This document shows, piece after piece, positions 1-8,548 of a stretch of 38,330 nucleotides of DNA. How positions within the stretch are numbered: the stretch's first letter is position 1; every line of letters starts with the position of its first letter. The DNA is from Thermoanaerobaculia bacterium (GTDB taxonomy: Bacteria; Acidobacteriota; Thermoanaerobaculia; UBA5066). The notes beneath the pieces are model-generated. The model ran no database searches. It worked only from the letters and a program-made list of their open reading frames with translations, and was not told the origin of the DNA. Location of the stretch: NCBI GenBank assembly GCA_038245905.1, contig JBBRRY010000033.1, positions 1-38,330 of the forward strand. The letters run 5' to 3'. Position numbers and translations under genes: made by a program.

Positions 1-140
1 AATTCTGGCGGCGGGTGGGCGCGGAAGGCCGCTTCGCCGCGGCCTGGGAAATGGTTCGCGAAGCGGACGCGATCCGGGGGGTGCAGAATGCCCGTGAACC
101 CCGACTTCAGAGATCTGTTCTTCGAATTGAACGCCGCTGA
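1..140 (+). CDS. 3' end of a small hypothetical protein, the usual upstream partner of a minimal nucleotidyltransferase; partial at window edge
   Basis: Frame 3 reads FWRRVGAEGRFAAAWEMVREADAIRGVQNAREPRLQRSVLRIERR* (TGA 138-140) and overlaps the nucleotidyltransferase start at 88. Not in the ORF track. Confidence 0.6.
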   Translation, partial: FWRRVGAEGRFAAAWEMVREADAIRGVQNAREPRLQRSVLRIERR

Positions 141-379
141 GGCGCGATTCCTCGTCGTCGGGGCCCATGCCGTCACGTTTCATTCCGTTCCCCGACGTAC
201 TGACTTCCATCCTTGGCCTCGAGTTCGGGGAGGCCTGGGGCCGGAGAGTCCCGTCGGGGTATGGCGGGGTTCCCATCAGCGTCGTCGGTCTCGACGACCT
301 GATCGTGAGCAAGAAGGCGGCCGGCCGCCCCCAGGACCTGCTCGATATCGACTGGCTCGAGAAATCCCGAAGAATGTAG
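88..379 (+). pseudogene. Minimal nucleotidyltransferase family gene with internal deletion and frameshift
   Basis: The N-terminus MPVNPDFRDLF..FLVVGAHAV..PRRT is in frame 1. The C-terminus DVLTSI..FGEAW..LDDLIVSKKAAGRPQDLLDIDWLE is in frame 2 from 194. The DxD segment and central region expected between them are absent. Confidence 0.7.
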
Positions 380-422
380 CTCCTCGCGCCTCCGTGTCAG
401 CTGCGAATGGGCCGAGTGTGCG

Positions 423-450
423 GTAGGAGTCTTACTGGTACACTTCTTAC
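423..450 (+). promoter_or_regulatory. Putative TA promoter/operator
   Basis: Imperfect palindrome GTAGGA-G-TCTTAC (423-435), -10-like TACACT (439-444) and a second TCTTAC (445-450) just upstream of the antitoxin. Confidence 0.4.
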
Positions 451-462
451 CGTGAGGCTGCG

Positions 463-687
463 ATGAAGATCACGTCCAAGGGGCAGGTCACGATTCCCAT
501 TCACATCCGTAAGCGTTTCGGGCTCCTCCCGAACACCGAAGTGGTGTTCGAGGGGCGAGGCGGTACGGTGAGGATTCGTAGAGTGCGGAGCGCCCCGAAG
601 ACGCGTCCGGACCTCGTGACGCGCCTCAAGGGGAAAGCCACCGCCCGGCTGAGCACGGACGAGATCCTTGCTCTCACCCGTGGCTGA
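463..687 (+). CDS. AbrB/MazE/SpoVT-family antitoxin
   Basis: MKITSKGQVTIP..IR..GL..NTEVVF swapped-hairpin motif; 74 aa; overlaps the PIN gene. Confidence 0.9.
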   Translation: MKITSKGQVTIPIHIRKRFGLLPNTEVVFEGRGGTVRIRRVRSAPKTRPDLVTRLKGKATARLSTDEILALTRG

Positions 688-1090
688 CACCCTCGTCGAC
701 AGCAACGTCCTCCTCGACGTCTTGACGAACGACCCGCGCTGGTTCTCGTGGTCCGCGGAGGCCCTCTCGCGTTGCGCTTCCGAATCAACGCTCGTCATCA
801 ACCCGATCATTTACGCCGAGGTATCGATCGGTTTTACCCGGATCGAGGATCTGGACCAGGCGCTGGATCCTGCGCAGTTCGACAGGAGGTCGTTACCGTG
901 GGAGGCCGCCTTCCTCGCGGGGAAGTGTTTTCTGAAGTATCGGAGACGTGGAGGCGCGAGAGCCTCGACCCTTCCGGACTTCTACATCGGCGCCCACGCC
1001 GCAATCGAAGGGCTCGCGCTTCTCACGCGCGATGCTCGCCGCTATCGCTCGTACTTTCCGACGCTCGCGCTGATCGCCCCTGAACAGTGA
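680..1090 (+). CDS. vapC: VapC-family PIN-domain toxin
   Basis: GTG at 680; LVDSNVLLD, IIYAEV, LPDFYIGAHA and LLTRD carry the PIN acidic residues. Confidence 0.9.
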   Translation: MADTLVDSNVLLDVLTNDPRWFSWSAEALSRCASESTLVINPIIYAEVSIGFTRIEDLDQALDPAQFDRRSLPWEAAFLAGKCFLKYRRRGGARASTLPDFYIGAHAAIEGLALLTRDARRYRSYFPTLALIAPEQ

Positions 1091-1141
1091 ACGTCGCCAT
1101 GGTTGCGATAATGGGTCGCAGAGTACTTATCGCTCGACTGT

Positions 1142-3370
1142 TCAGTTCCCGTTCGCTACAAGTTTGAACGGCCTATACGCGGCCCGCGCGCCGCGGTCCC
1201 GCGCCTCGACAAACCTGGCGATGTGGGCGAGGAACTCGTGGTTCACGGTCCGGTTTTCCACGGACTTGAAGAACTCCCGGAGCGCTTGATCGTGCCGGAG
1301 GAACTCGACCTCCGGCGCAGTAATCAGATGAGCGACGCGATCCAGCATCTCCTGGTTGCGTCCCATGCGTCCGAGACACTCTGCGGCGCGTAGGCGCGCG
1401 CAGACGATATCGACCGCAAGGTCAAGAGACTGGGCTTCGTCGGCAAGCTTCTCGAAGAGCATGAAGGCGCGGCTGAGCTTGCCCGACTTCAAATCAATCA
1501 TGGCGAGCCCGGTCCGGATCATCAAGACGTTCACCGTCATGCCGAGCCGTCTCGTCATCGACAACGCTTTCGCGTAGGTGGCTCGAGCCGCATCGAGCCG
1601 GGAAAGCTGCACGAGCGAGTACCCCCGATTGACGAGAGTCGAGGCGTACGCGACTTCGTCGCGTTCCGGATGGAGAATCCGTAAAGCGCTGTCGAAGGAC
1701 ACGACGGCCGACTGCGTACTGCCGCGGTTCATGAGGTTCGTCCCGATCGCAGCCTCGGCCCGGCCCTGCCAGTTCTCCTGGCCGTAGTTGAGGAACTCGT
1801 CCTGGGCGGCACGAAGAAGCTTCCATGCTCCCGCGTAGTCGCAAGAAACACTCGCCGCTGAGCCTTCGAAGTAGTCGGCCAAGGCCATCGCGAAAGCATT
1901 TCCCTCGGCGGACACGAAGTGAAGCCGAGCGCGCCGCGCTGCCTCGCGCGCCTCGAGGGGGCTTCCCAGAAAGTTCAGCGCGTTCGACTCGAGGAGCGCC
2001 TCTTCTCCGAGTACCTGCTCACGGCAGACCGGCTGCGTGGGTCCTTCGTCCTTGAGATACGGCATGCTACGCGTGGCTTCCGAGATCGCTTTGGCGAATT
2101 TGACGTATCTGGCCGGGTCGTTCGAGGCCTTAATCATGGCCAGCTGGCACACATACAGGTAGGCGTAGCCGCGGCTTGGGTCTGCTTCGATCTCTCCAAG
2201 CAGCTCCTTCGCCTTTTCGAGCCCTTCTTCCACCGCGGTCTTCACGATTTCCGTCGCAAGCCGGCGCGCATGGAACGCGCCCGCTGCCTCCGGCAACGCG
2301 AACGCCGCGAGCCCGTCCGCCCGCGGGTGCCAGCGCCCGGCCGTCCCAAGCGCGATTTTCATTTCGCCCTGCAGGAGGGACTGCTCGGCTTGCGCGCCTT
2401 CGCCCCGCAGCTTCCTCCGAACTCGCGAATACTCTTTCGCCGCATCGTGAAACCGTCCGCGCGCCGCGAGGCAGAAGGCGGCTCCCGACACGCCGCGCGC
2501 TCGGTCCAGGCCCGTCGCATCCTTCAACACGATTACGGCTCGGAACCCCCGGTGCGCCTCGCGAAATTCCCCCGCAGTGTACTGAGCTACCGCGAGGGCG
2601 TGTCTTGCGCGGACAATCCCGCGATCGAGGCCATAGCGCTCGAACGTTTCCAAGGCGCGTTCCGCGAGGACGCGCCCTTCGACGGCCCGCCCCTCGTACG
2701 ACCGGCGCAGCGACTCGGCAATCTCCGCCCACGCGCAAAGATGCTCCGGAGCATCAAACGCGCCAAACTCGGACCACGCGGTGCGAAAGTCTGTCGCCGC
2801 ATCCCTGGGCCGACCGGCGAAGAGCGTCGAGTTCCCTCGTACGAGATGCGAAAGCGCGCGGAGTTGTTCACGCGGCACGACGGCCTCGGCCTCCTCCATG
2901 TCCGTTGTCTTGCGGCCGGCGACCCCTGCTGCAAATTCGGCGAAACGTTTCGACGGATCGCCCATCAAGGCCTCTTCGAGCACGTGGGCGGCCGCGAGCC
3001 GACACGCGCCGTCGTCGAGGTCCAGCCCGCGCGCCGCCTTCGAGGCGTCCGATTCGATGGCGGCAAGCAGGCGTTCCTTCTCGCCCACGAGGCGCTCGAG
3101 CGCCGTCTTCAAGGACTGCGCTGAGGCCCTGCCCCCCGGTTGCCCCGCAGACCCGGAGCCGGGTCTCGCGGCGAAGACGTCGCCAGCAGCAAAGGCGAGG
3201 AGATCCCCTGCCGCCGACAATCGCTCGTGGAGGCGTCTCGTGGCCGCTCTGTTCGTTCCGCACGGACGACAACGTGAAACGTGCCGCCCGAGTTCGGCCT
3301 GCCGCCGCTCCGGCAACTCGCCGATGACCGACCGCAAGAGCGTGGCTTCGTCAGGATGGATCGCTTTCAT
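1142..3370 (-). CDS. Cytoplasmic zinc-finger (anti-sigma type) + TPR-repeat protein, 742 aa
   Basis: N-terminal HP..L..GEL..HVSRCRPC (HxxxCxxC), then helical TPR-like repeats; no TM segment; ATGA overlap with the upstream sigma gene. Confidence 0.8.
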   Translation of the reverse strand: MKAIHPDEATLLRSVIGELPERRQAELGRHVSRCRPCGTNRAATRRLHERLSAAGDLLAFAAGDVFAARPGSGSAGQPGGRASAQSLKTALERLVGEKERLLAAIESDASKAARGLDLDDGACRLAAAHVLEEALMGDPSKRFAEFAAGVAGRKTTDMEEAEAVVPREQLRALSHLVRGNSTLFAGRPRDAATDFRTAWSEFGAFDAPEHLCAWAEIAESLRRSYEGRAVEGRVLAERALETFERYGLDRGIVRARHALAVAQYTAGEFREAHRGFRAVIVLKDATGLDRARGVSGAAFCLAARGRFHDAAKEYSRVRRKLRGEGAQAEQSLLQGEMKIALGTAGRWHPRADGLAAFALPEAAGAFHARRLATEIVKTAVEEGLEKAKELLGEIEADPSRGYAYLYVCQLAMIKASNDPARYVKFAKAISEATRSMPYLKDEGPTQPVCREQVLGEEALLESNALNFLGSPLEAREAARRARLHFVSAEGNAFAMALADYFEGSAASVSCDYAGAWKLLRAAQDEFLNYGQENWQGRAEAAIGTNLMNRGSTQSAVVSFDSALRILHPERDEVAYASTLVNRGYSLVQLSRLDAARATYAKALSMTRRLGMTVNVLMIRTGLAMIDLKSGKLSRAFMLFEKLADEAQSLDLAVDIVCARLRAAECLGRMGRNQEMLDRVAHLITAPEVEFLRHDQALREFFKSVENRTVNHEFLAHIARFVEARDRGARAAYRPFKLVANGN

Positions 3371-3870
3371 GCTCCGATGGCCCCCTTGAGCTTCTTCAGG
3401 CAGGCGCTCAGGCGCTTCCAGACCTGCTTCGAGGAGTGGCCGCTCCTCAGGGCGGTTTCCTTCAGGCTCGCGCCCTCCACGTAGTGGCTCGTCAACAGCG
3501 CCCGGCAGCTCGCCGAGATTCGCGCGAAACCCGCGCGGATGATCACCCTCTCGTCCAGCTTCTCGTCGGCCGCGGGCGTTCGGTCCCAGTCCGCGGTCTC
3601 CACGAAGAGGGCGCTCGTCCGCGTCCGTCTCTCGAGGAACCGGGCGCAGCGATTGTGAAAGACCTGGAAGGCGTACCCCTCGGGCGAGGCGATGAGCGCG
3701 GGGCTCCTCGCGATTTCGAGCGCGGTCTCCTGCACGAGATCCTCGGCGTCGGCGTCGTCGATCCCGAACTGCGACCGCGCCAGCGCGACGAGCTTGCGCA
3801 CGAGCTTCCGGTCGAGAACCAGGTACTCGGCGACCTCGAAGCCCGAGTGCGGACGAATCCGGGAAGGCAT
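3367..3870 (-). CDS. ECF (sigma-70 family) RNA polymerase sigma factor, copy 1
   Basis: Region 2 DAEDLVQE; region 4 CRALL..HYVEGASLKETA..SSKQVWKRL. Start placed at ATG 3870 (GAGGAG upstream); the start is uncertain and the ORF is open to 4062. Confidence 0.8.
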   Translation of the reverse strand: MPSRIRPHSGFEVAEYLVLDRKLVRKLVALARSQFGIDDADAEDLVQETALEIARSPALIASPEGYAFQVFHNRCARFLERRTRTSALFVETADWDRTPAADEKLDERVIIRAGFARISASCRALLTSHYVEGASLKETALRSGHSSKQVWKRLSACLKKLKGAIGA

Positions 3871-4167
3871 GCGTTGAACTCTAGACTCCTCGAGGGCTTC
3901 TCCAAAGAGGTAATCTTTTTCGTGTCGGAGGGGGGTCAATCTTCCGGACTCGAAGGCACTTGGCTTGCGACTCCAGAGCCCCTGTCCGAAGTCTTCTCTG
4001 TCGAGGCTGCCGGTATCGGGGTCAAGAACGCCGTCCGAGCACCACTCTATGGATGGAGACAAAGAAGAACGGGATCACACACCCGCAACAAGAAAACGCT
4101 CGTCTCACGCCGCCAATTGAAGCGAGGCTCAACTCATCCGTCACGACGCACGTATAGGAGCAATACC

Positions 4168-4470
4168 ATGAGAACTCGAATTCCCTTCTTTTTCACCGGC
4201 TTCGCTTTCGCAGCTTTCTTGATGGCCGCTACACCTGCCTCTGCTGCCGGTGCTTGCGGCGGGCCATGCCAACAAAGTCCACCAAGCGGAGATGGCGGCG
4301 GGGGCGGCACCACATGCGTAACGAACTGCACGACCTGCAGCACATCCTGCAACTCATCGGGCGTGTGCTATCCGACCTGCCCCTACACATGGGGAAACGG
4401 GGGCTGCGGTTGCAACTACACGAACTCCGGACAGACCTGCAACAACGTCGGTGTCTGCACCTATGAGTGA
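4168..4470 (+). CDS. Secreted cysteine-rich mini-protein (100 aa, 12 Cys)
   Basis: SD AGGAG at 4156-4160, ATG 4168. Sec signal MRTRIPFFF..TPASA|A; mature part is Cys/Gly/Thr/Asn-rich. Confidence 0.8.
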   Translation: MRTRIPFFFTGFAFAAFLMAATPASAAGACGGPCQQSPPSGDGGGGGTTCVTNCTTCSTSCNSSGVCYPTCPYTWGNGGCGCNYTNSGQTCNNVGVCTYE

Positions 4471-4482
4471 GGCGTAGTCGCC

Positions 4483-6723
4483 GTGGCGGAGTTCCGAGAG
4501 ACGCCTTCCAATTTCACGAAGGCGCACGGCCGCCTTCCGGTGGCCTCGCACCGGCTTCTTCTTTTCTCTCTTCTCTTCGCCCTGCTATCGGCGCCTCTCT
4601 CAGCCGACCCGAAAGAGATCGTGATCGTGCGTAAGCTCGGTGCCGGCCCATCAGCCGGGGCAGTCGTCGCGAGGCCGACCGACGGTCTCTCTACTCCCAT
4701 CCGACAGGAATTCAACTGCACCACAGAGCGGATTTGCTCCGTCGAGATCGACCTTCCGAGCGACAAGTCGTGGCAGATGATGGCCGAAGTGCCAGCTCAC
4801 GGGAGCGGTGCTTGGGTACCAGTCGAGAAGGGTTCTCTGGAGATCTGGCCCTCGGCAGCGTTGAAGGGAGAGGCCGTCTTCCCGGGCGAGACGAGACCTC
4901 CCGACGAGCTTTGGGTCCGGTTTCACGCCGAAGCGCGCAGAGGCAAGAGGGACGCGAGGGACGACGTCGACGGCGAGACGAGCTGTCTTGTCCGGGATTC
5001 GCAATTCGGGTGTGTCATCCCTGCCGGCGTCGTCGACTTCAGCCTCCGCGCCCATGGCTACGTCAGTGTTTACCGGTGGCGTCAGGAGACGGGCCCCGGA
5101 GCGATACTTGAAATCGGAAGAATCGAACTTCGGAGGGGGGCGTCGCTCGTCGGGCAAGTGATCTCCACAAGTCGGGATGCTCCCAAGGCCGGCCTCTGCA
5201 GAGTTCGGCTGCAGCCCGCCGGGAACAGTCCGAAGCTCCCGCCGACGGCCTCGCCGCTGCCCGAGACCACAGTGGATGGCAGGGGGTTCTTCCAACTGGA
5301 AGTGATCCCTCCTGGCCAATGGGATCTGCTCGTGGAGCAGGAGGGGTTCGCTGCCTCCCGCCAGGCGGTCGTCATCCTGGAGCGCGCGGAGGCGCGGTTG
5401 AAGAGCCCCGTTGTTCTCTCCAGGCCCGTGCGACTCGACGTCACGCTCAGCCCTCCACAGGATCCCGCGGGAGCGCCCTGGCGCGTCTCCGTTCTCGAGG
5501 AAAAGGGGGAGGCCAGGACGGAGGTCGTCTCCGAGTCTTCCGCAACCCCCGGCGGCCAGTGGTTTCGAGAAGGCCTCCGGGCAAACGGGAAGTACCGGCT
5601 CCACGTCCTCACAGGATCGGGCCAGCACTGGTGGGGGGACGACGAGCCGTTCAGCCCGGAGGGGTCGCCGTACCAGAGGTCAATCGTCCTCGACATCGAA
5701 ACCGTGGAAGGAACGATGACCCTCGGCGGACGGCCGCTTCACGCGCGGGTCGTCTTCGGACGAGAGCACAACGTTCCCTCGATCTCCATCGAGTCGGACC
5801 AGGAAGGGAACCTGGCAGGGTTTCTCCCCCGTCTCGGCACGTGGACCGTGGAGGTGATCGGAGAATCACCGGCCGTACGGCGAAGACTCGAAGTGGAGGT
5901 CCGCCGAAAGCCTAATGGAAAAGGCAATGTCGCTATCGCTCTCGCGGCCAAGGCGATTCAGGGAGATATCGTTTCGGAGGACGGGAGCCCGATCAAGAGA
6001 GCAATCCTCTACGTCTCAAATCCCGCTTCCGGAGAGAAGAGCAGTCAATGGATCGACGGCGGCCGGTTCCAGCTCGAAGGGCTCGAGCCTGGCGATTACG
6101 TGGTCTCTGCGGCAGGAGGCCGCCTCGCCAGCAGCGACGTGAAGGTAGCCCTCTCGAGTGATGGCTACTCCGACCCCGTGCGGCTCGTCATGAAGAAGCT
6201 CGGCAGAGTCAAGATCCGGGTAGAGTCACCGACTGGGGCAGGCCTCATTGGCGTGCCGGTCAATATCTTCGCTGGTTCGCCAGGCCAATTCGCCTTCGTC
6301 AAGTACACGGATGCGGACGGCCGCGTCGCCTTCGATACCGCGCCAACCAGCGACTATGCTTGCCTGCTGGTCCTCGCTCCCGGCTACGCGACGAGAATTG
6401 CCGGTCTCCCCGTCACGGCGGAAGAGCAACCGCTCCAGGTGGCGCAAGCCGGAGGCTCGATCGCCCTCGACTACCCGCCTCCATCGCCGAGTGCATATCC
6501 GATGCTCGGGCAGGGAGGCTGCAGCCTGATGCCCGCGATGCTCGCGGCGTTCACCCGTTCGACGGACAAGAGCCTCTTCCCGAACATGGCGCCCGGGGAC
6601 TACACGCTCTGTTCATGGAGCCAGGTGAACGGGGCGGATCTTCAGGGGCCCTGCACGTCAGGGTCGCTCTCGCCATACGGAAGCTTGAAGCTTGGGGTCG
6701 AGCCCTCGAGAGGAAGAAAGTAG
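4483..6723 (+). CDS. Exported protein with repeated carboxypeptidase-regulatory-like beta-sandwich domains
   Basis: Hydrophobic signal LLLFSLLFALLSAPLSA; repeated DGRGFFQLE.IPPG.W, GGRFQLEGLEPGDY and TDADGRV motifs; 12 nt after the Cys-rich gene. Confidence 0.75.
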   Translation: MAEFRETPSNFTKAHGRLPVASHRLLLFSLLFALLSAPLSADPKEIVIVRKLGAGPSAGAVVARPTDGLSTPIRQEFNCTTERICSVEIDLPSDKSWQMMAEVPAHGSGAWVPVEKGSLEIWPSAALKGEAVFPGETRPPDELWVRFHAEARRGKRDARDDVDGETSCLVRDSQFGCVIPAGVVDFSLRAHGYVSVYRWRQETGPGAILEIGRIELRRGASLVGQVISTSRDAPKAGLCRVRLQPAGNSPKLPPTASPLPETTVDGRGFFQLEVIPPGQWDLLVEQEGFAASRQAVVILERAEARLKSPVVLSRPVRLDVTLSPPQDPAGAPWRVSVLEEKGEARTEVVSESSATPGGQWFREGLRANGKYRLHVLTGSGQHWWGDDEPFSPEGSPYQRSIVLDIETVEGTMTLGGRPLHARVVFGREHNVPSISIESDQEGNLAGFLPRLGTWTVEVIGESPAVRRRLEVEVRRKPNGKGNVAIALAAKAIQGDIVSEDGSPIKRAILYVSNPASGEKSSQWIDGGRFQLEGLEPGDYVVSAAGGRLASSDVKVALSSDGYSDPVRLVMKKLGRVKIRVESPTGAGLIGVPVNIFAGSPGQFAFVKYTDADGRVAFDTAPTSDYACLLVLAPGYATRIAGLPVTAEEQPLQVAQAGGSIALDYPPPSPSAYPMLGQGGCSLMPAMLAAFTRSTDKSLFPNMAPGDYTLCSWSQVNGADLQGPCTSGSLSPYGSLKLGVEPSRGRK

Positions 6724-6845
6724 ACGGGAAGTGGTTGGTTCTGGACGTGTGGTTCGCACAGAACCGCGCCTCTCAACCCGCGCAGACACACATCGCACGG
6801 GAACTGGCGCCACCAGCCAATTGGTCAGTTATTGGGAATTAGTTG

Positions 6846-6911
6846 TCAGCCGCCGATGGGATGGCTTCCGGAACAAAAGTCGCAAATAGCGTCAATAATG
6901 GTCTTAATCAT
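6846..6911 (-). CDS. Putative 21-aa peptide MIKTIIDAICDFCSGSHPIGG
   Basis: GGAGG (complement of 6917-6921) lies 5 nt before ATG 6911; TGA at 6848-6846; AT-rich gap between convergent genes; below the ORF-track size cut-off. Confidence 0.5.
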   Translation of the reverse strand: MIKTIIDAICDFCSGSHPIGG

Positions 6912-7099
6912 GATGTCCTCCAAGACAATGTAACTGAGCAAGTGGCGAATTGGTCACTTCTGAAGTCAAATTTCAGAGGTGGGCTATATACACGGACAGA
7001 CGGGGGCACACCTTTGACCCCCCTTGGTGAAAGATTCTTTTGAGGCACCCGATTCATGGCACCCCGCCCCCTGATCTATGAACGTTGTCTAGAGATCGA

Positions 7100-8548
7100 T
7101 CAGTTTGAGTTCGCCACCAAACGGAACGGTTTGTAGGCGGATCGGAGACCACGATCGCGGGCCTCGGCGAAGCGAGCGACGTGCGCGAGAAGCTCCACGT
7201 CTAGGGTCCGATCCTCAACCGAAGAGAACAGCTCGCGAAGCGCCGGATCGAACTCCACTTCGCGAGTCACGTCCAGCGCCCGCAGCTTCTGGATTCGGAC
7301 GCTCATCTCTTCGCGGTCCCCAGCCCGCCCGATGCACTCGGCAATCCGGAGCTGTGCTGAAAGCGTGCGATCCCCAAAACCCTGCGATTCCGAATCGGCC
7401 GCTATCCGTTCGAAGGAGGCGCGCGCACGGGCGACGTTACCCCTCGACAGCTCGATGGACGCGAGCCCATACCGAATGGCGAGGAGGCTCGATGTCAGAT
7501 GGAGCCTGCGAGCCAGAAGGAGCGCCTTCGCATAGGCGACTTTAGCGGCATCGAGTCGGGCAAGCCGAACGAGTGTATAGCCTCGATTGAGAAGGGTGAT
7601 GGCGTAAACCGGCCCGTCGTTTTCGGGGTGGAGCGCTCGTAGAGCGCTGTCGAAGAATCCGAGGGCCGACGTCGAACTGCCCCGATTCAGAAGCAGGACC
7701 CCAATCGCGGCTTCTGCGCGCCCCTGCCAGTGATCCTGACCATAGACTTGGAATTCACCCTGTGCGTTGCGAAGAAGCTTCCAGGCGGCTGAGGAGTCGT
7801 GCTCGAAGCTCGCCGCCGAACCTTCGAAGTAGTCGGCCAGCGCGAGCGCAAACGAGTCCTCACCCGCCCCTACAAAACTAACGCGAGCCTGGCGCGCGGC
7901 GACGCGAGCCTCGGCGGGCTTGCCGGACATGTTCAGCGCGTTTGACTCGAGGAGTCCCGCCTCACCGAGCACCTGCTCGCGGCAGACCGGCTGCGCCGGT
8001 CCCTTGTCCTTCAGGTACGGGAGGCTGCGGGTCGCGTCGGCGACGGCATTCGCGAACGCGACGAACAGCGCAGGATCGCTCGAGGTCCTCGGCATCGCCA
8101 GCTGGCACGCATACAGGTACGCATAGCCGCGGCTTGGATCGGCTTCGATCTTCCCGAGCAGGTCTTTCGCCTTTTCGATGCCCTCTTCCGAAACCGCCTT
8201 CACGATCTCGGCCGCGAGCTGGCGGCCGTCGTGGGCGAGGCGGCCGAGACGGTCGGCGGGGCGGCTCTTCTTCTTGAACTTCAGGAGGAATTCCTCGCGC
8301 TCGTCGGCGGGCGCGTCGTCCTGCGGCAGCTCGTCGAAGAAGGCGTCAAACTCTTCCTTCATGTCGCGCGCCCTGGAGAGCGTACGGATGTCGGCGAGGT
8401 GCTTCCCGCATGGTGCGCAGCCCGCGGCCACATGGGCCTTCACGTGCGCGTTCAGCTCGGTCGTCCCTTCGGTCAGGAGCTCGAAGAGCTCCCACTTCTC
8501 GGGATGCGGCGACGCGGCAGAGGCCGTGCCCTTGAATTCCGCGCTCAT
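7100..8548 (-). CDS. Cytoplasmic zinc-finger + TPR-repeat protein, 482 aa, paralog of 1142-3370
   Basis: HP..ELFELL..HVAAGCAPC; shares IEADPSRGYAYLY, QPVCREQVLGE, ALADYFEGSAAS, WQGRAEAAIG and PF.LVAN.N with the 742-aa protein. Confidence 0.82.
   Translation of the reverse strand: MSAEFKGTASAASPHPEKWELFELLTEGTTELNAHVKAHVAAGCAPCGKHLADIRTLSRARDMKEEFDAFFDELPQDDAPADEREEFLLKFKKKSRPADRLGRLAHDGRQLAAEIVKAVSEEGIEKAKDLLGKIEADPSRGYAYLYACQLAMPRTSSDPALFVAFANAVADATRSLPYLKDKGPAQPVCREQVLGEAGLLESNALNMSGKPAEARVAARQARVSFVGAGEDSFALALADYFEGSAASFEHDSSAAWKLLRNAQGEFQVYGQDHWQGRAEAAIGVLLLNRGSSTSALGFFDSALRALHPENDGPVYAITLLNRGYTLVRLARLDAAKVAYAKALLLARRLHLTSSLLAIRYGLASIELSRGNVARARASFERIAADSESQGFGDRTLSAQLRIAECIGRAGDREEMSVRIQKLRALDVTREVEFDPALRELFSSVEDRTLDVELLAHVARFAEARDRGLRSAYKPFRLVANSN

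Noticed and set aside
1091-1141. Search for a peptide ORF after TPR copy 1
   Set aside because: Only a short TGCGA/TCGCA inverted repeat and an SD-less ATG running antisense into vapC; no counterpart of the 21-aa ORF.
3871-4062. 64-codon N-terminal extension of sigma copy 1
   Set aside because: No domain-like content, and it covers the probable divergent promoter region; cannot be fully excluded.
3436-4167. 5' part of the 344-aa + strand ORF 3436-4470
   Set aside because: Antisense to the sigma gene; only the last 100 codons have an SD and protein-like features.
6908-7057. 49-codon minus ORF (MNRVPQKN...) ending in an ATGA overlap with the 21-aa ORF, and + strand ORF 6843-7043
   Set aside because: No clear SD or recognisable features; both overlap the palindromic sites. 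Probably chance.
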